The notes under the pieces were generated by a model. It was not told the DNA's origin. It saw nothing but the letters and a program-made list of their open reading frames with translations, and ran no database searches. A DNA stretch of 63,947 nucleotides, the filler included. It is 6 parts of 6 records of this genome, joined end to end, with 100 filler letters (N's around TTAATTAATTAA, not from the genome) between each part and the next. Parts side by side here need not be neighbours in the genome. Positions count along the whole stretch, not along the records: positions 27,203 to 49,367 come from DRR723986_6653; positions 49,468 to 57,977 come from DRR723986_6664; 4 more parts are not named here. One strand, written 5' to 3'. Below, piece by piece: positions 41,071 to 51,471 of this stretch. The stretch's first letter is position 1. Every line of letters begins with the position of its first letter. Position numbers and translations under genes: made by a program.

Positions 41071-41556
41071 ATGACTGAACCCAAAACGCTTCCTAGCCGA
41101 ACTCTGTCTCGTAGCCAGTTGTCTGCGGCATTGATAATCGTCACGCTAGTCCCATTTGGACTGGTCGTCCTGCTCTACATGACCCAACCCGATTTCCGCG
41201 ACCCAGTCCTAGAAGCTGACGTCAGAGTAGGCCCTCGAGCGTGGCCAAGCGAGTCAGCAGAGGACGCTCGGATTGTCCCGTGTGTAGCACTAACGAACCC
41301 GACCGATAGCTCGTGGCGAAACGTCAATCTTTCCGTCAACGACCAATTTCACTTTTACCATCCTGAAATCGTCGGCCCCAACGAAGAAGTCTTGATTCCG
41401 CTCAAGTTCTTCCACACCAAGGGCAATCAATACTATCCACCGGAGAGCCAGAAACTCAAATCGCTCACCGTCTACGCCCAAGTTCCTTCGGGCGCACGTG
41501 CGATCTTAAAGGTCGAAGACGAATCGTTGGATGCCGCGTTGAGGCCCAAGACTTAG
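41071..41556 (+). CDS. Hypothetical membrane-anchored protein
   Basis: One N-terminal TM followed by a beta-rich domain; fills the gap between neighbours. Confidence 0.7.
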   Translation: MTEPKTLPSRTLSRSQLSAALIIVTLVPFGLVVLLYMTQPDFRDPVLEADVRVGPRAWPSESAEDARIVPCVALTNPTDSSWRNVNLSVNDQFHFYHPEIVGPNEEVLIPLKFFHTKGNQYYPPESQKLKSLTVYAQVPSGARAILKVEDESLDAALRPKT

Positions 41557-41557
41557 T

Positions 41558-42841
41558 CTACTGCTTCGGATCGACGGGCAACCGGCGGGTAGTGCCCGAG
41601 TGGATAGCGACTTTAGCAAATGATCTAAACCCTGGTGGAGGGTTGGCGACCACCGCCGGGCTCGACGACACTCGTAGATCCCCGTTCCCGGTTAAGCCGC
41701 CCAACGTCAGAACAGGACCTTGGATGAGTGTGTCGCTGGACACGGCACCAGAGTCAACGCCCTTAGTCGCGAAAACGAGCCCCTTAATTCGACTCGGATA
41801 GCAATCGTCTACATCTAAGTCGCTGACGCCATGGAATGGAAAGTCAGGTGGATTCAAGTTAACGCCCACATCTGACTCTCGAAGCACCTGCATGTTCGTT
41901 CCGAACTCTAGTTCGCCATCAACAATAATGGCAGGGAAGTTGGCCTGCGGGCTATCCCAGTGAACGCTACCTGAGACAGTTAGCTGAGATACGTTTGTAA
42001 CCACCAGTGTCGCGGCGAGTCGACTCGATGTGACCTCGAGCCCCTGACCGGCACAGTCGATCCAATAGACCCCGCGTGGATTGGTCTTCGGCCCGAAAGA
42101 ATTGTGCTTAGGCGACAACACGCCGGACCGCATGATGCGTTTGCCAACCGACAGAGCCAACGAATCGTAGTCAATCTTCGTGCCGATAGCGGTGTAGTAG
42201 AGATATACTTTGTCTGACGGAAATTCAATGTTCTCAGCTAGCTGCGTTCGCTTTCCAAACATTCGAAGCTCAAGGCCACTACTCCGTCTGCTGGCATGAC
42301 CTGTTAGAGCTTCACCCCAAACGTTGATGCTTCCATTGGTTCCATATTCATTGTGTATATGCCAGTAAGCCCCCGCGCTCGTCGTAATGTCTGCGTTGCT
42401 AGCCAGATCGTATCTACAGCAAGTGAGTGGCTCCCCTGCCGGAACCAGTTGTGTAGACAGCCTGTAAACACAGCTTGGACTACGAGCAGTCACGACTAGG
42501 CGACATGGGTCTTGATCATCATCGGCCAAGAGTCCGTCGGTATCCTCGATACGGTACGTCATCGTGATGCGCGATTCTGGTAGTCGGACTGCCGCTACGT
42601 CCTGTCCGTTTGTGTGCGCCTGTCGCCACATGGGTGTTGAGTTGATTGCGGCGACTGCCCAGTCCAGTGCAGAACTTGCCGCGAGCTGGGTTAAACGTTC
42701 CTCAGAGTCGCTGAATCGCTGCGACGCAGTGTTGCGTGCAGCGACGAGCGCGGACATCGCCAGAGTCGAAACTACAAGACAACTTACCAGCACGCTTAGA
42801 TAGATGCTTGCTCGCCGCGAGACCGTTTTCTTTAACACCAT
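41558..42841 (-). CDS. PilX/GspK-like minor pilin
   Basis: SRRA|SIYLSVLVSCLVV lacking Glu5; AASSALDWA; last of four pilin-like genes; AGGAG RBS. Confidence 0.7.
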   Translation of the reverse strand: MVLKKTVSRRASIYLSVLVSCLVVSTLAMSALVAARNTASQRFSDSEERLTQLAASSALDWAVAAINSTPMWRQAHTNGQDVAAVRLPESRITMTYRIEDTDGLLADDDQDPCRLVVTARSPSCVYRLSTQLVPAGEPLTCCRYDLASNADITTSAGAYWHIHNEYGTNGSINVWGEALTGHASRRSSGLELRMFGKRTQLAENIEFPSDKVYLYYTAIGTKIDYDSLALSVGKRIMRSGVLSPKHNSFGPKTNPRGVYWIDCAGQGLEVTSSRLAATLVVTNVSQLTVSGSVHWDSPQANFPAIIVDGELEFGTNMQVLRESDVGVNLNPPDFPFHGVSDLDVDDCYPSRIKGLVFATKGVDSGAVSSDTLIQGPVLTLGGLTGNGDLRVSSSPAVVANPPPGFRSFAKVAIHSGTTRRLPVDPKQ

Positions 42842-42854
42842 GTTACTCCTGTCC

Positions 42855-43502
42855 CTAGTCCGGCTGGATTGTTGAACCACCCAGTGATCGTGCTGCGGCA
42901 GAGCAAACGTGCGAATTTTCCAAATGGATCATGAATGCGCCCGGCAACGGTCCGCCCTTGCGCCATGTATGCTGCAAAGGGCCGTGCCGCGGCTTGAACA
43001 AGTAGCAAATAAAGCGCTGCCCACCTGGCGAAACGAGCTGTAACGTGATCCGCTTCAGTTCTGTTCGTGCGACCGATTCAACCAGATCGCCTGGCTGGCA
43101 GAACGCGACCTTAACCTCCAGGTCCCAACCCGACAGTTCAGGTATCACTTCCCCTGCATGGCTTTGCAACGCACTGGTCGACCAGCCTGCGTAGTCATCG
43201 CAGTCGTCCCACAATTCTCGCGACGATTCGCCAGCGTCCACCCCAAGTGCCGCATTGGACGACTGCGGATCTTCAAACGCCTTCGCCATCACCTCGGCTG
43301 CAATGCTTTGCAGTGCCCGAGTTGCTAGGTCGGTTTCGAGACCACTAAACTTGCCCTGGCTGACCACAGCCAGGGCTGACATGGAAGTGGCCAACAATAC
43401 GCCAACCATCGCTGTAGCCAAAACACACTCAACCATCGAAAGTCCGAGTCGGCGTTCGAGTTGAATCGTATTGGCTACTAAGGATTGATATTTCGAATTC
43501 AC
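42855..43502 (-). CDS. Type IV pilin-like protein (PilV/GspI-like)
   Basis: RRLG|LSMVECVLATAMVGVLL class III signal. Confidence 0.75.
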   Translation of the reverse strand: MNSKYQSLVANTIQLERRLGLSMVECVLATAMVGVLLATSMSALAVVSQGKFSGLETDLATRALQSIAAEVMAKAFEDPQSSNAALGVDAGESSRELWDDCDDYAGWSTSALQSHAGEVIPELSGWDLEVKVAFCQPGDLVESVARTELKRITLQLVSPGGQRFICYLFKPRHGPLQHTWRKGGPLPGAFMIHLENSHVCSAAARSLGGSTIQPD

Positions 43503-43536
43503 CGCAGCACCCCCGCCATGATCATGGACTGCAAAA

Positions 43537-44568
43537 CTATGGACCGAATGAGGCAGATGCACTCGCGTAAGTTGTTATCAGTGGGAAGCTGAACGCGTCC
43601 GCAGGCAACTCCCCAGGACGGTTGTGGTAGCAGAGCCCGACGGTGGTTCCTAATCCGGTCGACTCCATCGCAACGGAGTGACTGCCCGCGAGACAAGTTG
43701 CGTTCTTCCCGTAAGGCTCTGAAATAGCCGCGCAAGCGCGAATCACTAGGCCAAGATCAGAGGGAACCGTAATGCTGGGGGTCGTACAAGCGGTTGAGAA
43801 TCCAGTTGCTGTTGAACCACCGATCAGTTGCAGATTCTCAGGTGAATAAAAGTGTGCCACGCAAATCGAAGCGTTTGAATAGCCGCTCCATGAGAGTTCG
43901 CATTCGTCTGCGACGCCCAAATTCTGAGAGCTGTACAAGGCCAGGGTCATTCGACCGGTAAGGAACGAGCCCCCAGACCGAATTGCAATACGCTCCCATC
44001 CAGCAGGCGTGGTAATCGAACCCGAGACGTCCCCGTAGACGGCAACCGCTGCAACTAAAAAACCCTCCTCAGCATACGTTTCTGGTATTTTCGCGCTGAT
44101 CGATCGAACAGCCAGCTTTGCCTGTTGCGTCGCACTTGCCAGCGAGACTCTGTCAACTATTTCAGTTTCTGTAGCTGTGTGCTGCGGAGTACTGGGCATC
44201 CACTCGATGGCATTCACCTTGGCAGAGCCGCGAATTGTTTCGACGCGACCACCGCTACTTCGCTGAACCTCATCTACCGACTCGCCGCCCCAGGTGTATT
44301 GTACTGTACCAAGCTGGCCGTCGACCGTCGTCGTGTGAATCACAACCCCATTGTTCTGAACGCCGACGTGCTGTGCTAAAAGTAGATCGCGACGAATGAG
44401 ATTCACTGCATGGGATTTCTCATTGGATTGGCCTGAGTACTCCATAGCGACTCCCGTTGCCTCACCCGCGATGAAGATCGCAACGCTTGAACCAGCTACT
44501 AAGATGACCGCAATGGCAAGGGTTACAGTAAGTTCGACAAGCTGGAATCCGGCGCGTAACTTCTTCAT
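43537..44568 (-). CDS. Type IV pilin-like protein (PilW/GspJ-like) with a C-terminal beta-rich extension
   Basis: MKKLRAG|FQLVELTVTLAIAVIL; IRRDL. Confidence 0.78.
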   Translation of the reverse strand: MKKLRAGFQLVELTVTLAIAVILVAGSSVAIFIAGEATGVAMEYSGQSNEKSHAVNLIRRDLLLAQHVGVQNNGVVIHTTTVDGQLGTVQYTWGGESVDEVQRSSGGRVETIRGSAKVNAIEWMPSTPQHTATETEIVDRVSLASATQQAKLAVRSISAKIPETYAEEGFLVAAVAVYGDVSGSITTPAGWERIAIRSGGSFLTGRMTLALYSSQNLGVADECELSWSGYSNASICVAHFYSPENLQLIGGSTATGFSTACTTPSITVPSDLGLVIRACAAISEPYGKNATCLAGSHSVAMESTGLGTTVGLCYHNRPGELPADAFSFPLITTYASASASFGP

Positions 44569-44578
44569 TGCTTGCCCC

Positions 44579-45076
44579 TTACGTTCCACTTACCATTGGC
44601 TCGATCAGGCGCACTGTCGACTTTGCACCGCTGAGACCAACCATTATGTCTGCGACTTGAAGCTCTGCACCTGAGCGACTCTTAAGCGTCCCATTCTCGT
44701 CAATGACCAAGCCTTCGGCTCCGTCGAAATCCGACTCAAGGAACTCGACTCCCGGACAAACATCGTCGTAGCTGACCACGCCTATCTTATTGCCCATGAT
44801 GTGGGGCAGGGGAGGCTGCAAGGTGATCTCTGGAGTCGAGTGCTCGACCTGCACCTCAAGAACAAGAGACTGCCTACGACAATACTGCCTCAGCAAGCCA
44901 ATGTCTTGCTTCAGGCGGTTGGTCACACCGCGGAGCTCGCTGTTACGGAGAGTTGCACCAACCTTTGGCAACGCAACGGTCGCGCAAACGCCGACAATGG
45001 TCACCACAATCACTATCTCGAGAAGGCTACTCGCCCGGCGTGGACGGACGGACCTTCGACCAGAATCATCAATCAC
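44579..45076 (-). CDS. Type IV pilin-like protein (FimT/FimU/GspH-like)
   Basis: RRA|SSLLEIVIVVTIVGVCATVALP; LKQDIGLLRQ. Confidence 0.75.
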   Translation of the reverse strand: MIDDSGRRSVRPRRASSLLEIVIVVTIVGVCATVALPKVGATLRNSELRGVTNRLKQDIGLLRQYCRRQSLVLEVQVEHSTPEITLQPPLPHIMGNKIGVVSYDDVCPGVEFLESDFDGAEGLVIDENGTLKSRSGAELQVADIMVGLSGAKSTVRLIEPMVSGT

Positions 45077-45550
45077 TTTGTCTACCTTCCAGCAAACTGC
45101 CCTTACTGGTTATCATCAGCACAGACGAAGTGCGGCCCTGCCCAGAGCGCACTCTGGCGGCAGCTCCGACGCAACTTTTTGCCACATCGGAATGCCACTG
45201 CCTGTGCGAGTGAAACTTAGCTCGACACCGAAGGAAAGCAGGCGCGTGGAACGCGAAAGCGCGAATTTGCACGCTTCTGGCCCGTTAATTCCTGCAAATT
45301 GCGACTAACCGCAGCGGCGTGTAGTAGCGGTATTAGAAATGCCGAGCAGAACTGGCGGGTCTTCGCCACGGACTGGCGGACTTCCGCCACATGGTGTTGC
45401 TCTGTTGCGCCAACGCCGGCCGCTCTTCAAACTTGCCGGGCGATAGCAAGACACACGCTAGCCACTGACAGCGGCTCACCTACACCGACCTACTCGCTGG
45501 CACCTACTCACTGGCACCTTTGCCATCGATACATCCAACGTCGTATCGAG

Positions 45551-46549
45551 TTAGGCTGCCTTTCGAATAGAAGCAGCCATCGGGCGCGGGATGTTCGGTT
45601 CATCTGTTGAGCTGCGGATGATGTTTCGAATCGTAAATGGTCGACGCCCGTTTCGCTGGTAATACAACCGTGTGTTGGCTTCTCCGAGCAGACCAACACT
45701 GAAGAGCTGCACACTAACGATGCAAAGAAATGCACCCAACAGAAAGAATGGATTACCAGTAATGTCAAAGCCGCCAGCAAGTTTCATAATGGCCGTCGTG
45801 CCGAGCATCGCGAAGCCTCCAGCCAAGAAGCCGAACCCGATTCGCCCAAACAGTTTCATTGGTGAACTGTAGTAGTCCAACATGTATTTAACGGTAAGAA
45901 GATCGAGAACGACACGAACCGTTCTGCTCAACCCGTATTTGGTCTGTCCGAATCGACGCGGGTGATGCTGAGTCACCATCTCTTTGCATTTTGCGCCACG
46001 CGAATAAGCCAAGATTGGGATGAACCGGTGCATTTCTCCATAAAGCTCAAGTTCCTCAGCAATCTCGCGGCGAATCGCCTTCAGCGTGCAGCCCAGATCA
46101 TGAATCGGAAAACGGGTCACATAGGAGATCAACTTGTTGGCTAGCTTACTAGGAATCTTTCTCGTTAGCAGGGTGTCCTGGCGATCCTTTCGCCAACCGT
46201 GCACCAAATCGTAGCCCTCTTCCAAGATGTCCAGCATCTTTGGGATGTCGCTGGGTTCGTTTTGCATGTCACCGTCGAGCGTGACCAGATATTCACCCTG
46301 TGCAGTTTCGATACCGGCTTGCATCGCCGCCGTCTGACCGTAGTTGCGGCGGAATGAAACGACAACCAGCCGACTATCCTTGGCAGCATAGTCACTAAGC
46401 AAATCTGTCGAACCGTCCGTTGAGCCATCATCAACCAATACCAACTCGCTCTGTCCATCGAGCGAGTCCATGACTTTCGCGACCTCCGCAATCAACAAAG
46501 GGATCGTTTCCACTTCGTTATAGATAGGGACGATAATGCTATTTCGCAT
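45551..46549 (-). CDS. GT2 polyprenol-phosphate glycosyltransferase (ArnC/GtrB-like)
   Basis: IVPIYNE, VDDGSTD, RNYGQTAA, LDGDMQN, two C-terminal TMs. Confidence 0.92.
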   Translation of the reverse strand: MRNSIIVPIYNEVETIPLLIAEVAKVMDSLDGQSELVLVDDGSTDGSTDLLSDYAAKDSRLVVVSFRRNYGQTAAMQAGIETAQGEYLVTLDGDMQNEPSDIPKMLDILEEGYDLVHGWRKDRQDTLLTRKIPSKLANKLISYVTRFPIHDLGCTLKAIRREIAEELELYGEMHRFIPILAYSRGAKCKEMVTQHHPRRFGQTKYGLSRTVRVVLDLLTVKYMLDYYSSPMKLFGRIGFGFLAGGFAMLGTTAIMKLAGGFDITGNPFFLLGAFLCIVSVQLFSVGLLGEANTRLYYQRNGRRPFTIRNIIRSSTDEPNIPRPMAASIRKAA

Positions 46550-46751
46550 TTCAATATTGCCTAACGATGTGCGTTCTTGCAGCGAGCTATCCGCCAGCCG
46601 ATCCCTTGCGATGTGGGTTCGCTGGTGGACAATGGCGACCGATCATTTGACCGATTTGCCACGGAACTTACTGAAAAAGCTCAACTCATCGCTAGTGGAA
46701 TTGAGCTCTGCAACTTGTAAAAACAGGCCTGCGCACGAGCAGATCAGTGCT

Positions 46752-47786
46752 GTGAATGAATTGCCCGCAGAGATGAACCGATACAGTCGCCAAGTCCGTT
46801 TCGCTGCCTTCGGTGAGCAGTCGCAGGAGCGTTTGCTAGCATCGCGGGCGCTGATTGTGGGCTGTGGTGCACTCGGGTCGATGATCGCTGAACGACTGTG
46901 CAGGGCGGGGGTCGGGCACCTGCGCATCGTAGATCGCGACTGGGTCGAGCTCAGCAACCTCCAGCGGCAAACGCTCTTTACCGAAAAAGATGCTGCCGAG
47001 GCGAGCCCCAAGAGTGTCGCCGCCGCGGATCATCTGCACCGGATCAATTCCAACTGCCGCGTTGAACCGATCGTGGACGACGTGACGCATGAGAACATTG
47101 CCTCGTTGGCTAGCGGTGTAGATCTCATTTGCGATGGAACGGACAACTTCGAAACGCGTTATCTCATCAATGACTACAGCGTCTGTCATGCAGTTCCCTG
47201 GGTTCATGGTGGCTGCTTGGGAGGCAGCGGACAGGTCTTGTCGATCATTCCAGGCACAACGGCTTGCTTTCGATGCTTGCTTCCAGATCCACCGCCGCGC
47301 GAATCGCTCGAGACCTGCGACACTGCGGGTGTACTCGGACCTGCGATTGGAATTATCGCTTCCTTCCAGGCGGCTGAAGCCCTGAAGATCCTGTCCCGGA
47401 ACCGCGATGCCGTATCGCCAAACCTGATCTGCGTGGACAGTTGGAATACTTCCTTGCGCACCGTCGAACTTTCCAAACAAAAGAACTGTCCTGCTTGTAG
47501 CCAGCGGCAGTTTCCATTCCTTTCCGGCGAGACTGGCAGCACGGCGACTGTCTTGTGCGGAAAGAACGCTGTCCAGGTGCACTCTGAAGCGCTCACCGAC
47601 GGAGGACTCGAACGACTGGCGGAAAATCTGAAGGATGCGGGGAAAGTCTCACTGACGCCATTCTTCTTGAGGTTAACGGTGGATCCCTATCGCCTGACTG
47701 TCTTCACCAGCGGAAGAACCGTTGTGGAGGGGACAACGGAAGTAGCGGAAGCCAAGAAAGCGATCGCACAAATCCTGGGCAGCTAG
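46752..47786 (+). CDS. ThiF/MoeB family adenylyltransferase (start 46752 GTG or 46773 ATG)
   Basis: RYSRQ, GCGALG, DRDWVELSNLQRQ, DNFETR, CFRC, TCDTAGV, CPAC. Confidence 0.92.
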   Translation: MNELPAEMNRYSRQVRFAAFGEQSQERLLASRALIVGCGALGSMIAERLCRAGVGHLRIVDRDWVELSNLQRQTLFTEKDAAEASPKSVAAADHLHRINSNCRVEPIVDDVTHENIASLASGVDLICDGTDNFETRYLINDYSVCHAVPWVHGGCLGGSGQVLSIIPGTTACFRCLLPDPPPRESLETCDTAGVLGPAIGIIASFQAAEALKILSRNRDAVSPNLICVDSWNTSLRTVELSKQKNCPACSQRQFPFLSGETGSTATVLCGKNAVQVHSEALTDGGLERLAENLKDAGKVSLTPFFLRLTVDPYRLTVFTSGRTVVEGTTEVAEAKKAIAQILGS

Positions 47787-47999
47787 CGGGCCGAAATGGC
47801 GAAGCAGCGCCCCGACCTGCTGACGCTTCCTCGCCAAACACATGCGAGATTGAGACCATAAAAGAGAAAAGTGTCTTAATTTTGACCGTTTTTCAATTGC
47901 AGCACTAGAAATCGCCCCCAAGGGTCCCTAATCTGACTTTAGGCGGACTTTTCAATCGGTTATGTGACTTAGAATCCCTTTCCACGCAAAAGACAATTC

Positions 48000-49142
48000 A
48001 TGCGATACGAATTCCGTTTGGCAGAATTACTCGGCTACAACCCTGACCGACGCAAGCGCCCGGGCACAATCAAGGCAATCGTCGAATACACCGGCTTGGA
48101 CCGCCACCAAGTCGCTTCACTGTTGAAGAACGAAGCCAAGTACATTCCCCTGGAAGCTCTTTCGCGACTGTGCGACTACTTGGTCGAGCACGGCTATGCA
48201 TCTGGTGACGATCTCCCCGGTGCGTTGTTCGCTGTTCGCCCCGAGCATTTCTGGGAGGTGATTGCCCGCCGCAAGAAGCTGGAGATTTGCGTCGGCGTTC
48301 GTCGGCCCGACGAGCAAGACAATCCGGAATCGGCCTGGGTCGTTGCATCCGACGCCGTGCTAATGGGCGAGGTCCTCAACGGTGTCTCCACTCTGGGTGG
48401 AACGGACAAGCTGATCAAACCATCGCACTCCGATGATGCCCAACAAACGCAGCATGTCTCGCACCCTGAGATGCTTAAGCAAACCTTGGTGTGGAGCCCT
48501 GGGAACGTGGATTTCGACGAAGCGGTTGGCCGCTCTACCGAGGTTCACGACGAATTTGTTTCGACCGCGGGCGACAAAGCCATGATTTGCCTGGGTAGCG
48601 TGAAGAGCAATCCGGTTGTCGAATTGATGCTCGCCGATGCATTCCAGTGCACTCCGTTCGAGTCTCAAGATCACGTCGAGAAGGCCAGCGATCGTAGGTG
48701 CCCGTTCTTCCTGAGGTACCGCCCTTACGACCCACAGATCAAGAGCCTGTCGGCCGGCAACACGCTCAGCAAGACGGAGAAATCTGAGGAGCCGGGGATC
48801 TACTATGAACAGGCCGATGGTTCTTGGACCTACGCGGGTGGTCAAGACACCGCGCTTGTCTTCTACATTTACCGCGAGTCACTCGGCCGTCTTGAGATGG
48901 TGCTAAGTGGTTTCAGCGGACGCGCCACTCGTTTGCTCGCCAGGACCCTTTCCAGTCGCAGCGAAGAGTTCTGGCCACCGGTTTACCAGGAAAACTACCT
49001 CCAAGTGGGTGCGTACATCGTACAGTACGACATCCCCAGCGAGTCGGTGCAGCCCGATGATATCCTGAGAACCGACCTCATCGGAAGCCCAACCATCACG
49101 CCCATTCCGACTGAGGCAATCGCAAGACGCCTGCACGCCTAA
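48000..49142 (+). CDS. Cro/C1-type HTH protein with a large uncharacterised C-terminal domain
   Basis: FRLAELL...IKAIVEYTGLDRHQVASLLKNEAKYIPLEALSRLCDYL. Confidence 0.75.
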   Translation: MRYEFRLAELLGYNPDRRKRPGTIKAIVEYTGLDRHQVASLLKNEAKYIPLEALSRLCDYLVEHGYASGDDLPGALFAVRPEHFWEVIARRKKLEICVGVRRPDEQDNPESAWVVASDAVLMGEVLNGVSTLGGTDKLIKPSHSDDAQQTQHVSHPEMLKQTLVWSPGNVDFDEAVGRSTEVHDEFVSTAGDKAMICLGSVKSNPVVELMLADAFQCTPFESQDHVEKASDRRCPFFLRYRPYDPQIKSLSAGNTLSKTEKSEEPGIYYEQADGSWTYAGGQDTALVFYIYRESLGRLEMVLSGFSGRATRLLARTLSSRSEEFWPPVYQENYLQVGAYIVQYDIPSESVQPDDILRTDLIGSPTITPIPTEAIARRLHA

Positions 49143-49158
49143 CGGCAAGCAGCCAAGT

Positions 49159-49367
49159 ATGGACTACTCTGCCCAGCAAGCATTGAGGTACTGGACCTAT
49201 CGTCCCTCGTACCCCGAGTTCCTGGTTGAACGTAGTGCCAAACTCTTAGCAATCGATTCGTCGACGAAGATTCTTGAGGTTGGTTGCGGACCGGGGACCC
49301 TGACCACTGCGTTTGGGAATCTTGGTTGCGAAATTGGTCAGCCGCCTGGCGCCAGCCTGCGGTTCTC
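49159..49367 (+). CDS. Class I SAM methyltransferase, N-terminal fragment
   Basis: YRPSYP, ILEVGCGPG; runs into the spacer. Confidence 0.75.
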
Positions 49368-49467
49368 NNNNNNNNNNNNNNNNNNNNNNNNNNNNNNNNN
49401 NNNNNNNNNNNTTAATTAATTAANNNNNNNNNNNNNNNNNNNNNNNNNNNNNNNNNNNNNNNNNNNN
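49368..49467. other. Artificial contig spacer
   Basis: N run with TTAATTAATTAA. Confidence 0.99.
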
Positions 49468-49496
49468 CGCGCCTTCAGCCACTCGGCCACCTCTCC
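49468..49496 (-). tRNA. 5' 29 nt of a tRNA, most likely tRNA-Ser, cut by the contig edge; anticodon not visible
   Basis: Minus strand GGAGAGGTGGCCGAGTGGCTGAAGGCGCG matches the acceptor 5' strand and D arm of bacterial tRNA-Ser. Confidence 0.8.
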
Positions 49497-49679
49497 AGCG
49501 CGGACTGCCGGTCTATTGAATGGATGAGATAACCGCAAGCCCCCATCGTCTTATAGGCTGCGGTTGTTGGGGTTTCGCCCTGATCGCCCGGCACCTGGAG
49601 GTGCCTTTGCCTGTATGAAGCCACCCGTCCTGTGGTAATTACATATTCCAGCATGGATCCAGCCGGTTAGGCAGAACAA

Positions 49680-50621
49680 ATGACCGAATATTTCAAACCC
49701 GTCCCGTTCCCCCTGTGGGCAGAAGACAAGCTCGCATTCGCTGATGCGCTTGGACGTTCGTTCCGCGAAACCGGCTTCGCTGTTATTTCCGAACATCCGG
49801 TTTCCCAAACCGTGATTGATGCAAACCTCAAGGCGACCAAAGACTTCTTTGCCTTGCCGGAAGAGACGAAGCTGAAATATGACGGTCGCGCCGGTGGTGG
49901 CCAGCGTGGTTATACGGCGTTTGGAACCGAGAATGCCAAAGGCAAGGCCGAAGCCGATCTCAAAGAGTTCTGGCACACCGGCCGGGCGCTTCCAGCCGAC
50001 TCCCCCTACCGGGAAACCATGGCAGATACGCCGTCTGTTCCGGAGGTGCCTTCGTTCGATGCGGCAACCCGCGGATTGTATGATGCGCTAGATACCTTCG
50101 GCCGCCAGCTGCTGCGTGCAGTCGCGCTTCATCTGAAGCTGGAGGAATCCTGGTTCGAAGACAAAGTGAATGTCGGAAACTCGATCCTTCGCCTTCTTCA
50201 TTATCCGCCCCAGACCAACCCACCGCCAGAGGGATCTGTGCGCGCTGGGGCTCATGAGGACATCAATGTCATCACTTTGCTGCTGGGCGCCGAAGAAGCC
50301 GGACTGGAGGTCAAACACCGCTCCGGAAAATGGCTCGCCGTCAGCCCGCCGCCAAATGCGCTGGTGATCAACTGCGGTGACATGCTTCAACGGTTGACAG
50401 CGGGCGTGCTGCCATCGACCACCCACAGGGTCGTGAACCCGTCGCCGGAACGGTCCCGGTTCCCACGCTACTCAACGCCCTTCTTCCTGCACTTTAATCA
50501 GGATGTCATGATCGAAGCGTTGCCAGGCTGTGTCGCGGAAGGCGGCAAGGCCGCACCGCCGATCACTGCGCAGGACTACCTGATGGAACGCCTCCGCGAA
50601 ATCGGACTCGTAAAGGCCTGA
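49680..50621 (+). CDS. 2-oxoglutarate/Fe(II) oxygenase, IPNS-like family
   Basis: GFAVISEH, LRLLHYPP, HEDINVITLL, THRV, RYS. Confidence 0.92.
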   Translation: MTEYFKPVPFPLWAEDKLAFADALGRSFRETGFAVISEHPVSQTVIDANLKATKDFFALPEETKLKYDGRAGGGQRGYTAFGTENAKGKAEADLKEFWHTGRALPADSPYRETMADTPSVPEVPSFDAATRGLYDALDTFGRQLLRAVALHLKLEESWFEDKVNVGNSILRLLHYPPQTNPPPEGSVRAGAHEDINVITLLLGAEEAGLEVKHRSGKWLAVSPPPNALVINCGDMLQRLTAGVLPSTTHRVVNPSPERSRFPRYSTPFFLHFNQDVMIEALPGCVAEGGKAAPPITAQDYLMERLREIGLVKA

Positions 50622-50652
50622 CCTACTGCATAGTTCGTGAGCTGAACTTGCC

Positions 50653-51423
50653 TCAGATGAGCCCGGCGAGCGGCGAGCTCGGATCGGCGTACATCTTCTT
50701 GGGCATACGTCCGGCGAGGTAGGCTTCGCGGCCTGCGATAACGGCATGCTTCATGGCGGAGGCCATCAGGATAGGATCCTTGGCCGCGGCAATGGCCGTG
50801 TTCATCAGAACGCCATCGCAGCCGAGCTCCATCGCGATCGCCGCATCAGACGCCGTGCCGACACCGGCATCGACGATCACCGGCACCCGGCTCTGCTCGA
50901 CGATGAGCCGGATGTTGACCGGGTTCATGATGCCCAGTCCTGAGCCGATGAGGGAGCCAAGCGGCATGATCGCGCAGCACCCTGCCTCTTCCAGCATTTT
51001 TGCGTAAACCGGATCATCGGAACAGTAGACCATGACCTCGAACCCATCCGCGATAAGCGCCTCAGCAGCTTTCAGCGTCTCCGGCATGTTCGGATAGAGC
51101 GTTTTCTGATCCGCCAGCACTTCCAGCTTCACCAGGTTCCAGCCGCCCGCCTCACGCGCGAGCCGTAGGGTGCGTACGGCTTCATCCGCGGTAAAGCAGC
51201 CCGCCGTGTTAGGCAGGTAGGTAAATTCATCAGGCTTCACAAAATCGGTAAGACGTTTCTCATTCGGATTCGAGAGGTTTACCCGCCGAAGCGCGACCGT
51301 GACGATCTCTGCGCCGGCCGCACGCGCTGCGTCTGCGTTCTGCTGGTAGGAGGTATATTTCCCTGTGCCCACAATAAGGCGCGAGGCATAGGATTTTCCG
51401 GCGATGATCAGTGGATCGTTCAA
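50653..51423 (-). CDS. thiG: Thiazole synthase
   Basis: [32 protein letters not shown]. Confidence 0.96.
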   Translation of the reverse strand: MNDPLIIAGKSYASRLIVGTGKYTSYQQNADAARAAGAEIVTVALRRVNLSNPNEKRLTDFVKPDEFTYLPNTAGCFTADEAVRTLRLAREAGGWNLVKLEVLADQKTLYPNMPETLKAAEALIADGFEVMVYCSDDPVYAKMLEEAGCCAIMPLGSLIGSGLGIMNPVNIRLIVEQSRVPVIVDAGVGTASDAAIAMELGCDGVLMNTAIAAAKDPILMASAMKHAVIAGREAYLAGRMPKKMYADPSSPLAGLI

Positions 51424-51471
51424 GAGACTATTCCAATTCTGCAGAGGGGCTTTTCGTACAGGACAGGCTTG

